Shown piece after piece: positions 31,786 to 42,923 of a stretch of DNA of 64,000 nt. Positions within the stretch are counted from its first letter, which is position 1. Each line of letters starts with the position of its first letter. A program made the position numbers and the translations under genes. Under the pieces are notes generated by a model, which worked only from the letters and a program-made list of their open reading frames with translations, searched no databases and was not told where the DNA came from. This DNA is from an uncultured Nitrososphaeraceae archaeon (lineage in GTDB: Archaea > Thermoproteota > Nitrososphaeria > Nitrososphaerales > Nitrososphaeraceae), in NCBI GenBank assembly GCA_963729045.1, contig CAVSMN010000009.1:96001-160000 (forward strand), read 5' to 3'.

Positions 31786-32911
31786 CTATCCTGCCCTAGA
31801 CCAGCCTATCCCTGCGGGTATGTTAGTGAATCCGAAAATAGCAATCATGTAAACCCATGCAGTGAATACAAATGGCCCCGTAAGTGCAGGTAATCCCCAC
31901 TGACCAAAGAACTTTTGGAGCGCAGGCATTACCACCACGGAACAGGTTACTGTGGCAAGGATCGCCAGTAAGAATGACTGTGGAGTAAGAGGCACAAAAC
32001 TAGTTAATGCAATCATAACCAGTACCCTGATTAAACCCGTGCAAACCAATCCTAGTCTCATGAGTAGGCAACTTCATCAATATAGATAAAGCAGCACCAA
32101 TTGCTGATCCTATTAAGGCCATAACTCCAGCAAGATATAACGGCGAATATTCATTCCATCCTGATGTATACGCATTTGTAAACCAAGCTCTATCTTGAAC
32201 ACCAGCTATTGCAGGTGCCAATTCAAATGCCAAAGTCAGACCTACGACCCAGAAAACACCAGTCTTCCAATTCTCCACAAAGGTAACCTGAGATACACCT
32301 TTGAGAGTGGCAACGATGAATTCTTTGGCGGTCCATTTGAATTTTTCAGGTGGGAGAGGATTATCACTTCCGGGAATTTTGTCCTCTTTAACAGCAGGAG
32401 GTACTTCAGGCCAAACATCATATCCATATCGTTTACTCGCATACATCATAGCCCAAGTAGTGAAGATAAACGAGGATGTAAATCCAGGGATTGCCACAGC
32501 ATTAGTAACGCCGGGTGCCTGTGGACTAAATATATCGCCCATAAAATGTGAAAACGCCATCCAAGCTACTGCAGTTATGACTGCTCCAAATATCGAGAGT
32601 GTCAATGTCACCCTGTTGGCTTTTACAAATGGTCCAGACCAGAATGCCATTCCGGTTAATATCGAATTATACCCAAACAACCCAAAAGTAACTAGTGTAT
32701 AATCGGCACCCAGTAGTAACGCAGTTCCTGCACCAATTAATCCTGCAGCTACCATCATGATACCTGCTTTGCGCGAAGCTAGTAGGACACCTGCAAGAAT
32801 AAAAATACCAGTTACCGGCGAACTAATCAAAGGAACTTCAGAGATGCCATTAAACAGTATATAGAAGAAATCTACAAAAGGGTCTCCTGACGAATATGTT
32901 GGTACTCCCAT
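31786..32911 (-). CDS. Urea transporter, UT family (frameshift at 32025-32027)
   Basis: Duplicated UT halves (GISEV...GLFGYNS; GVSQV...GLHGFNQV, LPALTGPFV); removing one G joins the ORFs. Confidence 0.9.
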
Positions 32912-32994
32912 ACAAGGATTTTGTACAGGTATAGTTTAACGATTTGTATTAAATATCAGTTTATTAATCAAGTAAAACCCATTAATCTCATAAT

Positions 32995-33810
32995 TTAGTT
33001 TAGCAATAATACGGGTTTGTTTGATTCAGAAAGAATTTTCCTTGTTACATGCCCAAGATCATCAGAATTTCCTAACCCTATTGTTCCAAGAACTATGAAG
33101 TCTACATTTAAGTCATTGGCAGTTTTAATAATTTTGTTAGCAGGATCCCCTATTTTCACAACTCTTTCACATCTTTTAGAATTCTTTATAAGGATACTAG
33201 ATAACATTTGTCGTCCTTCTTTCTCGACTCTTTTAATTAGCTCAGTATCGTACTCAGTATTTTGTTCGTAGTCATCAGGCCATTCAATTATATGTACCAC
33301 ATAAATTATAGAGTCAGCTTGGAAAGCATGACTAGCATAATCTAATGCTCTTATTGAAGACATGGAACCATCAACAGCGACTAGAATTCGCTTAAAACTT
33401 GTATTGATAGGGTTTTCAGAGGGATTGTTTTTGGGTATAGAAAACCTATGGTCATAATTTCTAATTTGAAACTTTGATCTGATAATAAATAGAAGATTTG
33501 ATAAAACAATTGAAATTTCTCGTTTTGATTCAATAATCGGTTTTACTATAAGAAAACAAGCTGCAGATATCGTCCAGACAATACTTAGTAATATCCAAAA
33601 CAAGAAAAACTCGTAGGAAAATATATACCCAGAGAAAAACAATGGTAATGGCCAGATCACAACCAAAATGAGTGTAAAAAAGATTCCGTATTTGTACCCA
33701 AATATAGTTCTCTTCTTTAATAACGATTCATCATTATCTTCTTTTATCAAAGATCTGATTCTTTCCTCTACAACTACGATCCGCTGTTTCGTAATGTTGA
33801 AATTAAAGTT
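32995..33810 (-). pseudogene. 5'-truncated DUR3-like sodium:solute (urea) symporter C-terminus fused to a UspA domain
   Basis: NFNFNITKQRIVVVEERIRS...LILVVIWPLPLFFSGYIFS resembles the last helices of DUR3; followed by KRILVAVDGS...GDPANKI...FIVLGTIG (USP). Confidence 0.7.
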
Positions 33811-33855
33811 CTAAACTATAAATAATTAGATCAATTATTTCGTAATATTAAATCA

Positions 33856-34395
33856 ATGATAGATTCCATAGACGAGTTAATTCTTTCTGCTTTGAGTAGG
33901 GATGCCAAACAGGATTTGAATGAAATTTGGGATTTTTTAAGGAATTATGGACATAATTTAAGTTTGGAGGAGATAGATTCTCGCATAAAAACACTTGAAG
34001 ATGAAAAAATAATTTCAAGATATACAATTTCTATTGACACCAAAAAAGTACGACATAGAATAATTAGAGTAGTTTTGGTAACTTTTAGGCCCTCACAGCA
34101 CCTGGCAAGTCGAATAGAAGGATTAAAGAAGTACCTTCAGGACGCCCCGTTTGTCTTATTTTCAGGAAAAACAAGAGGTGGATATGACTGGATCACAATT
34201 CAAGTATTTTCATCGCCCGAAGTTGCTGACGAGGAGAGCGATATTTATAGAAACTTGTTTGGAGATATAATCCAAACTTACGAAGTATATGATTTTTCTC
34301 CAATAAAGGAACCTACATTTAACGCTTTTACCTATACAGATAAAGAATATAAAAAATTCTTGAATGAATGGATGCCTCCATTTCTTGGAAGATAA
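33856..34395 (+). CDS. Lrp/AsnC family transcriptional regulator
   Basis: IDSIDELILSALSRDAK...RIKTLEDEKIISRYTISID HTH plus a RAM-like domain (GGYD). Confidence 0.85.
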   Translation: MIDSIDELILSALSRDAKQDLNEIWDFLRNYGHNLSLEEIDSRIKTLEDEKIISRYTISIDTKKVRHRIIRVVLVTFRPSQHLASRIEGLKKYLQDAPFVLFSGKTRGGYDWITIQVFSSPEVADEESDIYRNLFGDIIQTYEVYDFSPIKEPTFNAFTYTDKEYKKFLNEWMPPFLGR

Positions 34396-34418
34396 TAGAA
34401 GATAGAAGATTCAAATAA

Positions 34419-35324
34419 TTATTTCGGATTATTTAGATATCTTGCAGGTTTAGCTATTTTCAAGTTTTTAAATCTAATTGTATCATCGATTAACGAGTGA
34501 ATTTTAAGACGCAAGTCCATCAAAAAGCTTAAGATATCTGTACTTTGATTTGGTTCAAAATTTAGCTGAACTTCCTCTATTATACTATCTAGTCTAGCAA
34601 GAGTAATTTTTAATGCAAGGGAAGTTTTCTTTGTTATTTTGAGTGTTTTTATATTCTTAAAATTAATATTTTCGTTTGCAATTAATTCCAAGTCGTCACC
34701 TGAAATACCTTGTTTGGAAAATACAGCTTTTACTTCTCTAATTTGTCGAATAGTTAATTCATTTTCTATAATATGATCTGTAAAATGAATAATATCATTT
34801 GGTGAAAAAGTAGTTAATTCCAAGGCTTGGCTTACACTCAATTTGTTTAGCATTATTTTTTCTTTGACATCCTGTGGAAGTTTTAAAAGTTGAATCCTGT
34901 GTGAAACATACTCCTCACTTTTACCTATTTTTTTAGCCAGTTCTGTAACACCTCCCCAGCCCAGGTCTTGGACATATTTCCTAAAAGCCTCTGCTTCCTC
35001 AAGTGCACTCATCGATTTTCTCTGAATGTTTTCCGTTAATTGAATTTCAAATGCTTGTTTGTCATTCATTTCCCTTATTTTGCATGGAATATGACGCCAC
35101 CTAAGGGATTTGCATGCATAAAAGCGTCTATGACCAGCAACTATTTCAAAGTTATTTTGATATGGACGTATCAAAATGGGTTGTAGTAACCCATGCTCTT
35201 TGATACTCGAAACGAGTGATTCTACTTCTTGATAATCATTAAATTTATCTCTAATTGAAAACTGTGATGGGCGAATCATTTTTATCTCTATATGTTCCAC
35301 TATACTGGTATCGAATGCATGCAT
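34419..35324 (-). CDS. ParB/Srx-domain protein with HTH
   Basis: GLLQPILIRP, IVAGHRRF, ENIQRKSM, ELAKKIGKSEEYVSHRIQLLKLP. Confidence 0.9.
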   Translation of the reverse strand: MHAFDTSIVEHIEIKMIRPSQFSIRDKFNDYQEVESLVSSIKEHGLLQPILIRPYQNNFEIVAGHRRFYACKSLRWRHIPCKIREMNDKQAFEIQLTENIQRKSMSALEEAEAFRKYVQDLGWGGVTELAKKIGKSEEYVSHRIQLLKLPQDVKEKIMLNKLSVSQALELTTFSPNDIIHFTDHIIENELTIRQIREVKAVFSKQGISGDDLELIANENINFKNIKTLKITKKTSLALKITLARLDSIIEEVQLNFEPNQSTDILSFLMDLRLKIHSLIDDTIRFKNLKIAKPARYLNNPK

Positions 35325-35842
35325 AAATTAAATAAAATAGTCTAATACTTATACGTTTTCATCTCATCTCTTGAAATCTTATACAAAATTTAAATAAAAT
35401 TGTAAATATCATAATTTAATAATTCATGCTATAAATTATCTTTATATCACATTTATGTTAGTATATTAATTAAACCTTCGATAAATAGTGTTTTGATTAT
35501 TTTAGAAATGTCTTTGCAAAGTCCAATTCGATATGAAAAAGATGAATGTTTCCTTTATAACTAAAACAATCAAACATTTAGTTTGATTCTCGATATCTTG
35601 TATTTCCTCTTTTTTAAAAGAATTCAAAAAGGACATTACAATTTCGCATATTCCCATGGGAACATGTATTCTGTTTCTTTTAATAAAAGACAAAGACCAT
35701 AAAATCTACATGCAATGATGCAGAAAAGGTCTCCTTGTGTGACGGATGAATAAATTAGATAAATAAAACTCAAGATGCATCAATCCACCTTTTTGCACAA
35801 TATTCCTAACATCATCATGTACTGTAGGATAGTCAGTTCCAA

Positions 35843-36945
35843 CTAGGCAGGCAGGAAGAAGAAACCTACAGCAATGATAACATATACAACTGTCACCGTA
35901 ACTCCTTCTAACCAATTAATGATTCCATCACGAGATATGTAGCCTATTATCATTATTCCTAATAATATGCTGATGAGCTCAAATAAAGTAAAATCTAGAG
36001 TAAAGTGATGACCCGATATAATCCCAATTATAACTAAAAGTGGCACTACAAACAAGGCAAGTTGAGTTCCCGAACCGATTCCTATATTTAGAGCTAGATT
36101 CATTTTTCCCTTTAGTGCGAAAGCGATAGCACTTGAATGTTCGGCGGCGTTTCCCACTATACCTACTGTTACCGCACCTATGAATAATTCAGTTAATCCT
36201 AATTTTTGCCCCACTGCTTCCACAGAATCAACCATTATTCCACTTACAATTGCTATTCCTGCTACAGCAAGCAAAAGATACAATAAGGATCTTTTTTTAC
36301 TCCATCTTTGCTTTTTACTATTTTCTTACTCACTATCTTTTTCTTCTTTACTAGTAGAAGATAGAACTGGTTTTTGTAATTTCAAAGTAAATATAATGCT
36401 AGCAATATAAATTCCAAGTAAAAAAGCCACTACGTCGCTAGCCAGCTACAAGTTCAATGGGTTTTCATTATTTGTTTGTAACAAGTAAGAAACCGAGATA
36501 ACAGTTGGTATAGTTAGTCCTACCACGGACAACAATAGCAAAGTCGATTGTAAACCTACCCCTTCCTTATCAAATCGCTGTTCTCTAAACCTAAAAGCAC
36601 TTATCGCACTGCTTAAACCAGGAATGAGCAGGATGTTAGCAAGTATACCACCTATCATTGTACCTTTGAAGAGATCAAAAAGGCCCTCGTTGATAGACAC
36701 TATTCCAACAATAATCTCAGTCGAATTTCCAAGAGTTACCATTAATAAGGAACCAATTGTTATCCCGTAATACAAAGGCTTTCAGTAGAATCACCAATCA
36801 TCTTTGAGAGTGGAATTAATGCTATCGCAGAAACAATAAATTGGATCATAATATCCGCATTAATTAATCGCAAAACAATAGCAATTGGAATAAATACAAG
36901 AAATATGTATAATAATGAAGACTTTTTCCCTTTTTTGAATTTCAA
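35843..36945 (-). pseudogene. Ca2+/H+ antiporter (CaCA/Cax), disrupted
   Basis: LGNSTE, GGILANIL and VGNAAEH alpha-repeats; in-frame TAG at 36446 plus two frameshifts. Confidence 0.8.
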
Positions 36946-37105
36946 ACCCCATCTCCTGAATTTGAGTATTTAGCTCTAATACTTAGAGATCAAGGATTAA
37001 GGTTCATCTGAGATCTTAAATCCATCACTTGTTATTATATTTTCAATGTGATAAGATCTTACTGCTACTAAAAACAGAAATCTAAAAATTGTTTTAGACT
37101 ATTCA

Positions 37106-37133
37106 AATATAATTTGATCGATCAAATTATATT
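37106..37133. repeat. Perfect 28-bp palindrome
   Basis: AATATAATTTGATC-GATCAAATTATATT. Confidence 0.9.
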
Positions 37134-37138
37134 GAAAT

Positions 37139-37576
37139 TCATTGCCCAAACGGCGGGGTTAGTGGATAGATACCAACCTGGTCTGAATATGCTGGCTTTG
37201 GATCCTTATCATCTTTTGGTTCCATAGTAACAAACAGATCAGTATATGTGTATGGATAAACTTGTGTAGATTCTAAACCAAAAGTTCCATCCTCCTTCAC
37301 CATGCCAACAGTCAACGGATATTGAGATGCACCGTAGTTTCCATCATAAAGCCATACTTCAAAAACTTTACCTTCTGGGGGATCGTAGTTCACCACTCCT
37401 TCTATATCTAGTGAGTGACCATCGGATTTGATATCTACCAACCCGAATACATCAGCTTGACGCCCAACTATTATTCCGGATTGATCAGTGGTTAGAGCGT
37501 AGCCGTTTGTTACATAGACTACGCCAATTAACAATGCTATAGACATATATAATATGGTTATTCTTAGCGAAAACAT
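37139..37576 (-). CDS. Secreted protein, RskA C-terminal-like domain
   Basis: Signal peptide; PPEGKVFEVWL...LFVTMEP pattern. Confidence 0.65.
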   Translation of the reverse strand: MFSLRITILYMSIALLIGVVYVTNGYALTTDQSGIIVGRQADVFGLVDIKSDGHSLDIEGVVNYDPPEGKVFEVWLYDGNYGASQYPLTVGMVKEDGTFGLESTQVYPYTYTDLFVTMEPKDDKDPKPAYSDQVGIYPLTPPFGQ

Positions 37577-37833
37577 CTACCGACTAATAAATGGTTCTTG
37601 TATATAAAGATTGAAGGGTGTTTCAAACTTATCTATTTTTCTAATTTAGAAGACCAAAAAGAGTATTAATCGTATTAATAGTAACTATCATTTTACATTC
37701 ATATTATACAACAACAAACTATACTCAACATGATATCAAAATAATAAAAGGTATTTGCATAATTTGATAGGGTTTTTTCTTGTGAATATATACTAGAATT
37801 AAGACATTTATACTTGTTCTTGTAAGAGGAGTT

Positions 37834-38265
37834 ATGAAATCATACAGTCGTAATACAAAAAAAGCAGGGATCGCTTTTAGTATTGCCATTTTAACAGTAT
37901 CCATAATGCTAGGCAATGGTGATATGTTATATCAAAATAAAGCAGTAGCACAAGTTGATAATTCCACTGTTATTCAAGAATTTAATGGAAAGCTTGACCA
38001 AATACAGACAAAATTTAGAGAGTTTGTCGAACAGAATAAGATCAATACAACGTCACTAACTTTACCCAATAGCAGTAGTATATCCGAAGCTTTACAAAAA
38101 TTAAATTCAACTAAAATACTTGAAGAAGTATCTAATGCATTTAACAAAGCTTTAAGCGAAGCAGGGATTACAAATACAACTGAAGGGATGAAGGATAAAT
38201 ATGGTGGAGATTTATCCAAGCTCGTTCAAAAGTTTGAAGAGATAAAAGGTAACTCAACAAATTAG
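37834..38265 (+). CDS. Secreted hypothetical protein
   Basis: Signal-like N-terminus (AVAQ) and several NxS/T sequons. Confidence 0.7.
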   Translation: MKSYSRNTKKAGIAFSIAILTVSIMLGNGDMLYQNKAVAQVDNSTVIQEFNGKLDQIQTKFREFVEQNKINTTSLTLPNSSSISEALQKLNSTKILEEVSNAFNKALSEAGITNTTEGMKDKYGGDLSKLVQKFEEIKGNSTN

Positions 38266-38808
38266 TCTTCAAAACTCTTTTTAAAAAATATTTGAGTATA
38301 TTATATTTTATTATAATAAAGTACTCGTTTGTTTAATTAAGTAAATAGTAGTTCTAGAATATAGTGTTAATATTAAGTAGATGATAATAAACTATTTACT
38401 TTTTAAAACTTGCCAATATTTTTATAAACATGTCATGGATTTTTTGGACTCAATATTTGAGAATAGATCAATGAAAAATGCTTGAATTCTTTCATATAAC
38501 TAGGAAAACAGAAAATCTTCACAGAATATGTCGTTACTAGTAGTATTACTACCATCGTTATAAATCAATTTTTTTAGACATTCCAGGTATTGACCATTAG
38601 TCAAAAAAATAAAGGTTCTTAGCTATTTATAATCGGATAAATTGACGCTTTTCTTATTGATCGTGTCATTGTCTATCATGTAGACATATGGTTTTTTATT
38701 TTATTTTATTTTAAACTTGAGGAAAGACTTGATTAATCAATTGTCCTAAATGATCGGATTTGGGCTTATTCATTACTCTAATATTATCAATTGATGGAAA
38801 GAATTTGA

Positions 38809-39394
38809 TTATGCATTCTTAAGACGCTTTTGGTAGCTTATTCTCAATATTAGAAATACTGGTGAAATAGAAATTGGAATTATAACAGCAATATCATAAG
38901 ATAGAAAAGATACGATCAGAGTTATAGTGTATACGATAGGGATCACACTAACCTGAATCAAGAAATATCGGGCTTTATGACCTAAAGTCTTGTGTGTTTT
39001 AATAATACTCACCAATGTAATTAAAAGTAGTCCAGCCAAGATTTGAACAATACAAGAAAAAATCAAGGCATTTTCATTTCCTAATTGCAAGAGCCCTATT
39101 AGAGAAACAGGAGTAAGAGTTACCGTTACCAAAAATATTAGAGAAATGAAAATGGTGACATCTTCCAAGTTCTCTGTATAGTCTAAAAGTAGAGTAAATC
39201 TTGACCAGTAAAAAAATACAACTATAAAGCTGCATATGTATGCTACAAGAGCATGGAAAAATACATCTGAATCAAAAAAACCCCGGTTCGGAAGTTGCTA
39301 TAGTGGCAAGATTATAAACAAGCAGTACAACACCTACAATCAGCACTGAATCACTGAATGACCTTAGCCTGTCAGTTGTAAGGAATCCTTTCAT
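38809..39394 (-). CDS. TMEM175/DUF1211 family potassium-channel-like protein (frameshift at ~39280)
   Basis: Manual translation from 39394: MKGFLTTDRLRSFSDSVLIV (RxxxFSD motif); joins ORF 38809-39168. Confidence 0.75.
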
Positions 39395-39714
39395 TGCCCT
39401 GTCAATATCATGTTATGAACTTATTATAATCATAATTGTAAGTTGTATCATTAGGTTTTCAAAAATTTGAAATTGAATTAGTAGATCTTTTTGCTCAATA
39501 GCTGAAGTTAAGTGAAATATTGTTACTAGTTCCTGTTGAATCTTAAGGAAAAGTTTTCATTATTTCATACTTTTGCCTTGCTAATAAAATATTTCTTGAC
39601 ATATTTAGAATAAAAGGATATAATTTGTTGTATCAAAATCCACTAACAAATAGAATTTTATGAATTTCTTTTTACATATTGTTATCGACAAGCCTAAGAC
39701 AAGTCACATTGTTT

Positions 39715-40683
39715 TCATACTTGTCTTAGACGAGATGCTATATTTGGTATCAAAATACCAAACAAGTAAGCCAAACTTACACCTAACAATGTTCCTAACA
39801 CTCTTTCATCAAAGTGATATTCAATATTAGTAGATGTCGGATCACCGTACAGCACTGACCAAAAAACCAAAAAGGTTGTAAATGCAGGTGAGATATACCA
39901 ACGACTTGAAATTGTAGCTGATGCTGTAATTAATGAAACTGCACAAAGGGATGCGATAGCAATTGGTGGTAGACTTTGACTCAAGAGCCAAGAGGCTATC
40001 AGAGCGCCCACAAACACTGAAATTGCACGCCCTACGCTCCGCAATTTCTGGATATCTTTGCGTGGTCGCATCACAAACAATGCGGCTCCAACAAGCCAAC
40101 CAATATGATCAAATCCTAATGCAAAGCCTATAGTAGTTGCTGTAGCAGCCATCAAGCCCAGTCGTAAGCCATAATTTCTCGACTGTACGCGACTCATTAA
40201 TGGTATCTCAGAAGGTTGTTGTGGTTTATGCTCTTTAAAACATAAGGACCATCCATAAGCAACAACAGAGCCTATGATATAGAGCAACGCTAGTGGGATT
40301 GAATTAGCAAGTCCTTGATAACTGAGTCCAACGCCTGCAAGTGGCAAACAGATTGTTAATGCTACGGTACCGAATGATCTTCTAGATAAAAGTAGTGCTG
40401 CACCAAATGCTAGCAAGAACATACCCGGGATTGCAACTATGGCCCATTGTGCCATAAATGAACCCAACATTAAGAATACGCCTATAAGTATTCCAACAAC
40501 AATTATCTTTCGACGCTGTTTACGTGTTGGAGGTAGACCCATAATTGAAGCAGGTAATGCCCCAAGAAGCAATGACAATCCCGCTTCGACATGACCGGTG
40601 GCGATAATTATTACAGGAATAGCCGCGATCACAGCGGTAAAACGAGCATTACGCCAACTCCATACGAGATTGTTACTTTTCAT
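39715..40683 (-). CDS. FUSC-family membrane protein
   Basis: HIGWLVGAALFVMRP, RSVGRAISVFVG, ERVLGTLLG. Confidence 0.8.
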   Translation of the reverse strand: MKSNNLVWSWRNARFTAVIAAIPVIIIATGHVEAGLSLLLGALPASIMGLPPTRKQRRKIIVVGILIGVFLMLGSFMAQWAIVAIPGMFLLAFGAALLLSRRSFGTVALTICLPLAGVGLSYQGLANSIPLALLYIIGSVVAYGWSLCFKEHKPQQPSEIPLMSRVQSRNYGLRLGLMAATATTIGFALGFDHIGWLVGAALFVMRPRKDIQKLRSVGRAISVFVGALIASWLLSQSLPPIAIASLCAVSLITASATISSRWYISPAFTTFLVFWSVLYGDPTSTNIEYHFDERVLGTLLGVSLAYLFGILIPNIASRLRQV

Positions 40684-41026
40684 TGCCGCTGCTTCTTTCT
40701 AAAAATTATATTTATTATAGATTGCTTGCTATAACTTATGTTTAATGCGATTTATAATAGACGTCTTGGTTTATCATCTCAACGATTAATCCCAAACATG
40801 AAATCAATATTTAACAAGGTCTTTAGATCATGTTTTTGTAGGATTTTCCAATCATAAACTATCAATGACGACTTTTTAATTATCATACTATCCAACTTTA
40901 ATCACATAATTTAATCATCATAAAGCATTTTTGTTTAATTTCATTTCTGTTTGTTAGGAAAAAAATATAGATCTATAACAATTTACTACGTTAAAGTTAA
41001 TATACAATACTGATTTTAATACTTCA

Positions 41027-41748
41027 ATGAAAATTAATACCATCTTTTTGTTGACTGTTGTTGGAGTGTTTGCAACTTTTTCATTATTTACAATGTCGAC
41101 CACCACCAACTTCAATGCAGCATTGCTCAATCTAATGAAACGGCAGTTGCTCCATCTAATGAAACGGCAGTTGCTCCATCTAATGAAACGGCAGTTGCTC
41201 CATCTAATGAAACGGCAGTTGCTCCATCTAATGAAACGGCAGTTGCTCCATCTAATGAAACGGCAGTTGCTCCATCTAATGAAACGGCAGTTGCTCCATC
41301 TAATGAAACGGCAGTTGCTCCATCTAATGAAACGGATAGCAACCCAGATTTCTATGCAAATTTCACAAATCCAGTTATGGTTTCGAATTCTGCTGCAACA
41401 GGTAATGCAACCTTTACTCTTGGAGACGGCTCAACTACGATGTACTTTGTAATTACCGGGAACGGACTCGGGAACATTACTCAAGCTGTTATATTACAGA
41501 GTACAGGTGGCCGTACTACAGATTTGGTTCCGCTTTATTATGCACCAACTTCGGGATTAATTACCACAGGTTCTGGAACTGCTGATGGGAATTTCACATC
41601 TGCTAATTTCGTGGACGGACTTAAAGGAAAACCAATGTCAGATTTGGTCAAAAAAATTCTTGATGGAGAGATATATCTTGCAATAAAGACAGTTGATTTT
41701 CCACTTGGTGAAATTGCAGGAAAACTAGTAACCAGTAAAGTGAGATAA
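41027..41748 (+). CDS. Secreted CHRD-domain protein with (SNETAVAP)n linker (frameshift at ~41122)
   Basis: Adding one T gives the signal end AFAQ, then the repeats, then SAATGNATF...GEIYLAIKTVDFPLGEIAGKL (CHRD-like). Confidence 0.75.
41131..41335 (+). repeat. Perfect 24-bp tandem repeat, 8.5 copies
   Basis: TCTAATGAAACGGCAGTTGCTCCA repeated with no spacers. Confidence 0.97.
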
Positions 41749-42353
41749 ACTCCAAACATTTTTTTTAATTATTTGCAATTTGAGAATATCAGGTACATAA
41801 TGCAGCTCTTTTGCAAATGATATCGATATAAATTTCTATGATTATTTTTTTATTATGATCTTGATTTAATATCGATTTTATTCTTTCATGATTCAGACTA
41901 AATCCCCATATTTATGAGGACATGACTCAACAAACGGTTATACTCACTAAAGAAAAAGAGTTGCTGGTTTTCATTCTTTAGAACCAGATTTGAAAGAATG
42001 TATTAATGTTGCAAAGTTTAATATTAGTTTATCTTGATAAAAAAAGATTTGAAACATTCAAGAATCATTTGAAGCTAGTCTTAGGAAATGTTTTTGTTTT
42101 TTTTGGAATAATTAATGGTCAGAATCTCATCATTTAATGGAAAATAAATACACATGATATAATAGTAAAACAAACTAATTCTAAATATTATTTCAAATTT
42201 GGTTGGGCTTAAAGTAAGTGAATGTATGAATAAATAAAATGAGATAGGTTATTTGTTCATTAATTTCGAAGAAAAGAAATTAAATTGAAATTAAAGGTGA
42301 TTAAGTGAGTTTACACCCACTAAATCACTTCTAATTTTGTCTTTTTGGCAATA

Positions 42354-42923
42354 CTAGCCTTTTGTTGGTTTTGGTAATGACAGCCTCGAACCAGTGACAC
42401 CAGCGACAATGATTTGGATACCGACTATCAGTAGTGCTATAGATATCAATATACCTGCTATAACAGCACCCCATATTGGAGACACCATTATTAGTATGGC
42501 TATTATGATGCTGAATATACCTGCTATGATACCGAATACTCTTGATCCTCCATGCATGGATCTGCCAGCCAAGCTATGAACTATTCTAGCTATACCGTCA
42601 CAGAACAGTGCAATAGCAAGTACAAACAGCAAGAATACAGTAGAGCCTAGAGGATATGCCACAACAATACCTGCAACTATAAGGACAATAATCCCAAGAC
42701 CGATTGTACCCCACCTAGATGATCCCGGAGCTGGACTGAAAATTCCGATTAAAATTCTTTCAATTCCTACAAATATCAAAACTATGCCAAGTATATAAAC
42801 AACAGTGAAAGTTGTGATTGCAGGGAAAAATAGAGCTATCATTGATCCGACAACAGCTATTATTCCTAAAACAATCTGTACTGCACGCATCCATCCTGGA
42901 GACTTTGTTTCAGATAACGTCAT
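42354..42923 (-). CDS. HdeD/DUF308 family membrane protein
   Basis: Repeated GIIAxxxGxxxLxxP transmembrane hairpins. Confidence 0.8.
   Translation of the reverse strand: MTLSETKSPGWMRAVQIVLGIIAVVGSMIALFFPAITTFTVVYILGIVLIFVGIERILIGIFSPAPGSSRWGTIGLGIIVLIVAGIVVAYPLGSTVFLLFVLAIALFCDGIARIVHSLAGRSMHGGSRVFGIIAGIFSIIIAILIMVSPIWGAVIAGILISIALLIVGIQIIVAGVTGSRLSLPKPTKG

Noticed and set aside
34419..35324. Plasmid partition cassette
   Set aside because: No parA, rep or integrase gene visible in the window
41131..41335. Possible CRISPR array
   Set aside because: 24-bp units are head-to-tail with no spacers, the length is a multiple of 3 inside a gene, and no cas genes are in the window
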